Assembly (NCBI GenBank): GCA_963818525.1
Contig: CAWFSO010000005.1
Span: forward strand, 787,087-851,086
Direction of reading: 5' to 3'
Source: an uncultured Rikenellaceae bacterium
GTDB taxonomy: Bacteria; Bacteroidota; Bacteroidia; Bacteroidales; VadinHA17
DNA length: 64,000 nt
Below the pieces are notes generated by a model that was not told where the DNA came from, searched no databases, and saw nothing but the letters and a program-made list of their open reading frames with translations. Positions 61,046 to 64,000 of the stretch are shown one piece after another (the stretch's first letter is position 1; every line of letters begins with the position of its first letter). A program made the position numbers and the translations under genes.

Positions 61046-64000
61046 ATGAAGAGTCTGTTCAATTTGCGTGCAGGGGCAATTATGCTGACGCTGTTTCTCC
61101 TGTCGGGCACATCTGCCTGGGCGGATGTTGACGATTACGTTCTCTCCGTCAGGAATGTGTCGCATACTACGAACACTATTGATTTTGATTTGTACCTACT
61201 TGATGCAGATAATGCGCAGACCTTTGAGTTTGCGGCACTGCAGATGGGGTTGCTGCTTAACTCCTCGATCTACGGGGGCGGTATGCTTACAGTCAGTTAC
61301 AGCAATGCCGGGTCAGGTCTTGATCTGGATCAGCAGTTTGCAGGCAGCGTTGATATCGTAGGGACTCTTGCGGGCTATCCGGGACAGACGCTAATCAGGC
61401 TTGCGGCGAACAGCATACCTCCCGTACCTCCGGGTGCCGGATCAGGTACCATCATTTCCTCAACAGGAAACGGTACGTTTCTGACTCATTTTACCATCAC
61501 AAGTTCAATCAGCTTCACCCCAAACACCAGGCCCGACCTGATATTTTGTTCAAGTTCTGCCTCTTCGCCTCTGTTTCCTACGGTTGTCAGTTCCTATATT
61601 AGCGGGGATGCCACAGCTTTGACTGTGACTCCCGGTTTAGATGCCATTGTAGTCGGCAATCCTTTGTTGAACTCTACGCTCCCTGCTTTATTCAATGTTA
61701 CAGGTACAGGATCATACTGTCAAGGCGGGGCAGGACTGCCTGTTGGACTTGATGGTTCGGAGGCAGATGTGACCTATACTCTTTACCGCAACAGCATATT
61801 AATTACTACAGTTTCAGGTACTGGCTCTGCAATTTCATTTGGCAACCGTACGGAAGGCACTTATACTGTCAGCGGGACTAACCTTGCCGGAACTTCGCCA
61901 ATGAATGGGCAGGCGGTGATCACTGCTGTCATAAATACTGCCAGCAGCCCCTCCTCGACCCCGACATTGTGCATCAACACGGTACTCACGGCAATAACGC
62001 ATACGACGACAGGCGCCACTGGCATAGGCACACCCATAGGACTGCCAGCAGGGGTGTCAGCCAACTGGGCGTCAAATACAATTACTATCACTGGCACTCC
62101 CACAGCGTCAGGAATATTTAATTATACCATACCCCTGACCGGAGGATGCGGTACGGTGAGTGCCACCGGAACAATAACAGTAAATCCGACCAATACTGTC
62201 GGTGCACCTCATCTACACCAACACTGTGCATTAATACCCCGTTGACGGCAATTACCCACACAACAACAGGGGCAACAGGAATAGGAACAGCAGCCGGGTT
62301 ACCTGCAGGAGTCACTGCAGGCATGGGCTGCAAATACTATCACCATTACTGGCACACCTACCGCGTCAGGGATATTCAATTACACAATACCTCTGACCGG
62401 TGGATGCGGTACAATAAATGCAACGGGTACCATTACTGTCACCCCGGCCAACACAGCCGGTGCGGCCTCATCGACGCCAACACTCTGTATAGGTACGGCA
62501 CTTACGGCAATAACTCATACGACGACAGGCGCCACTGGCATAGGCACATCCCTAGGACTGCCAGCAGGGGTGTCAGCCAACTGGGCGTCAAATACAATTA
62601 CTATCACTGGCACTCCCACAGCGTCAGGAATATTTAATTATACCATACCCCTGACCGGAGGATGCGGTACGGTGAGTGCCACCGGAACAATAACAGTAAA
62701 TCCGACCAATACTGTCGGTGCACCTTCATCAACACCAACATTGTGCATTAATACCCCGTTGACGGCAATTACCCACACAACAACAGGGGCAACAGGAATA
62801 GGAACACCAACCGGGTTACCAGCAGGAGTCACTGCGGCATGGGCTGCAAATACTATCACCATCACTGGCACACCAACAGCATCAGGGACATTCAATTACA
62901 CCATACCTCTGACCGGTGGATGCGGTACGGTAAATGCAACGGGTACCATTACGGTCACCCCGGCCAACACAGCCGGTGCGGCCTCATCAACGCCAACACT
63001 CTGTATAGGTACGGCACTAACGGCAATCACGCACGCTACGACCGGAGCTACGGGGATAGGTGCACCGACAGGGTTGCCATCAGGAGTCACTGCGGCATGG
63101 GCGTGCAAATACAATCACCATCACAGGAACTCCCACAGCGTCAGGAATATTTAATTACAGCATACCTCTTACCGGAGGATGCGGAACGGTCAATGCAACG
63201 GGTACCATTACGGTCACCCCGGCCAACACAGCCGGTGCGGCCTCATCGACGCCAACACTCTGTATAGGTACGGCACTAACGGCAATCACGCACGCTACGA
63301 CCGGAGCTACGGGCATAGGTGCACCGACAGGGTTGCCCTCAGGAGTCACTGCGGCATGGGCTCGAGCAATACTATCACCATCACAGGAACTCCAACAGCG
63401 TCAGGGACATTTAATTACACCATACCTCTTACCGGAGGATGCGGTACGGTCAATGCCACGGGTACCATTACGGTCACCCCGGCCAACACAGCCGGTGCGG
63501 CCTCATCGATCGCCAACACTCTGTATAGGTACGGCACTAACGGCAATCACGCATGCTACGACCGGCGCTACTGGCATAGGCACACCGCTAGGACTGCCAT
63601 CAGGTGTCACTGCGGCATGGGCGTCGAACACAATCACCATCACTGGCACTCCCACAGTGTCAGGAATATTTAATTACACTATACCACTTACCGGAGGATG
63701 CGGCACGGTGAGTGCCACCGGAACAATAACAGTAAATCCGACCAATACTGCGGGTGCACCTTCATCAACGCCTACGTTATGTATTAATACTACTTTGACC
63801 CCAATAACTCACACCACAACAGGAGCAAATGGTATTGGAACACCAACTAATTTACCTGCAGGGGTAACCGCATCGTGGGCATCGAACACGATTACTATCA
63901 GCGGCACTCCATCAGCAGCAGGGACCTTCAACTACTCTATTCCGCTGACAGGGGGATGCGGAACAGTAAATGCGACAGGAACGATTACGGTCAGGGCAAA
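61046..64000 (+). pseudogene. giant repeat-containing surface protein (putative-Ig / He_PIG-like 86-aa repeats), frame broken at least five times; it continues beyond the window
   Basis: Signal peptide MKSLFNLRAGAIMLTLFLLSGTSAWA, a unique ~300-aa N-terminal region, then repeats of [72 protein letters not shown]. The correct frame moves 2>1>2>0>2>0 at about 62209, 62319, 63105, 63361-63368 and 63510. Confidence 0.8.
61944..64000 (+). repeat. tandem 258-nt repeats (8 units in the window)
   Basis: The second-Cys TGC codon recurs at 62147, 62405, 62663, 62921, 63180, 63440, 63699 and 63957. Spacings are 258, 258, 258, 259, 260, 259 and 258. About 171 nt (62039-62209) are identical to 62554-62724. 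Confidence 0.9.

Noticed and set aside
62118-63349. Several 64-85 aa minus-strand ORFs and off-frame plus-strand ORFs (His/Tyr/Arg-rich) inside the adhesin repeats
   Set aside because: They are repeat-generated shadow frames. Only one reading gives the consistent Ig-like repeat sequence.
63361-63366. CTCGAG (XhoI site) exactly at one adhesin frame break, as a possible cloning scar
   Set aside because: It is a six-base coincidence within an indel-rich repeat, and there is no vector-like sequence nearby.

Overview
This window looks like a core-chromosome segment of a Bacteroidota-type genome, roughly 50% GC by eye. The phylum call rests on five things: perfect TAnnTTTG -7 boxes at the expected distance upstream of many genes, an 11-gene nuoABCDHIJKLMN operon without nuoEFG, an acpP-fabF-rnc-IPExxxVDY cluster, a CarboxypepD_reg-type TonB-dependent receptor, and an exbB-x-exbD-exbD cluster. 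Gene order: partial ECF sigma factor; alpha/beta hydrolase; GSCFA protein; TonB-dependent receptor plus lipoprotein; MerR-like regulator; sigma-54 activator; LptE-like lipoprotein; acidic-repeat/TPR-tail protein; secG; groES-groL; MATE exporter; cstA; lepA; OmpR-type two-component pair; IPExxxVDY-rnc-fabF-acpP; purN; M23 peptidase; leuS; tRNA-Arg(CCG); kdpFABCD; NDH-1 operon with one trailing unknown ORF; exbB/exbD cluster; tRNA-Ser(GGA); ansA; tatD; dprA; gdhA; membrane hypothetical; tadA; CDF transporter; aspS; PAS sensor kinase; and the start of a very large 258-nt-repeat surface protein. I saw no CRISPR array, transposase, integrase, or recognisable defence or toxin module, and I did not find a convincing novel multi-gene protein system. 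The unexplained signals are mostly non-coding. (1) A densely structured, strand-asymmetric ~250-nt region next to tRNA-Ser has two identical hairpin modules and a perfect 16-nt inverted repeat. (2) Heptanucleotide-periodic AGTCnnC-type arrays occur in at least three intergenic spacers. (3) An orphan plus-strand promoter/terminator unit sits inside a minus-strand locus, and a segment of it is complementary to the lepA 3' region on the other side of the two-component operon. (4) The kdpFABCD block next to tRNA-Arg has clearly foreign codon usage. Separately, at least nine small indels break reading frames in leuS, tatD, the acidic-repeat gene and the repeat adhesin. Most are non-homopolymer insertions, so consensus error is the simplest explanation. 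All coordinates and motif calls were made by hand from the sequence and the ORF track; no searches were run.
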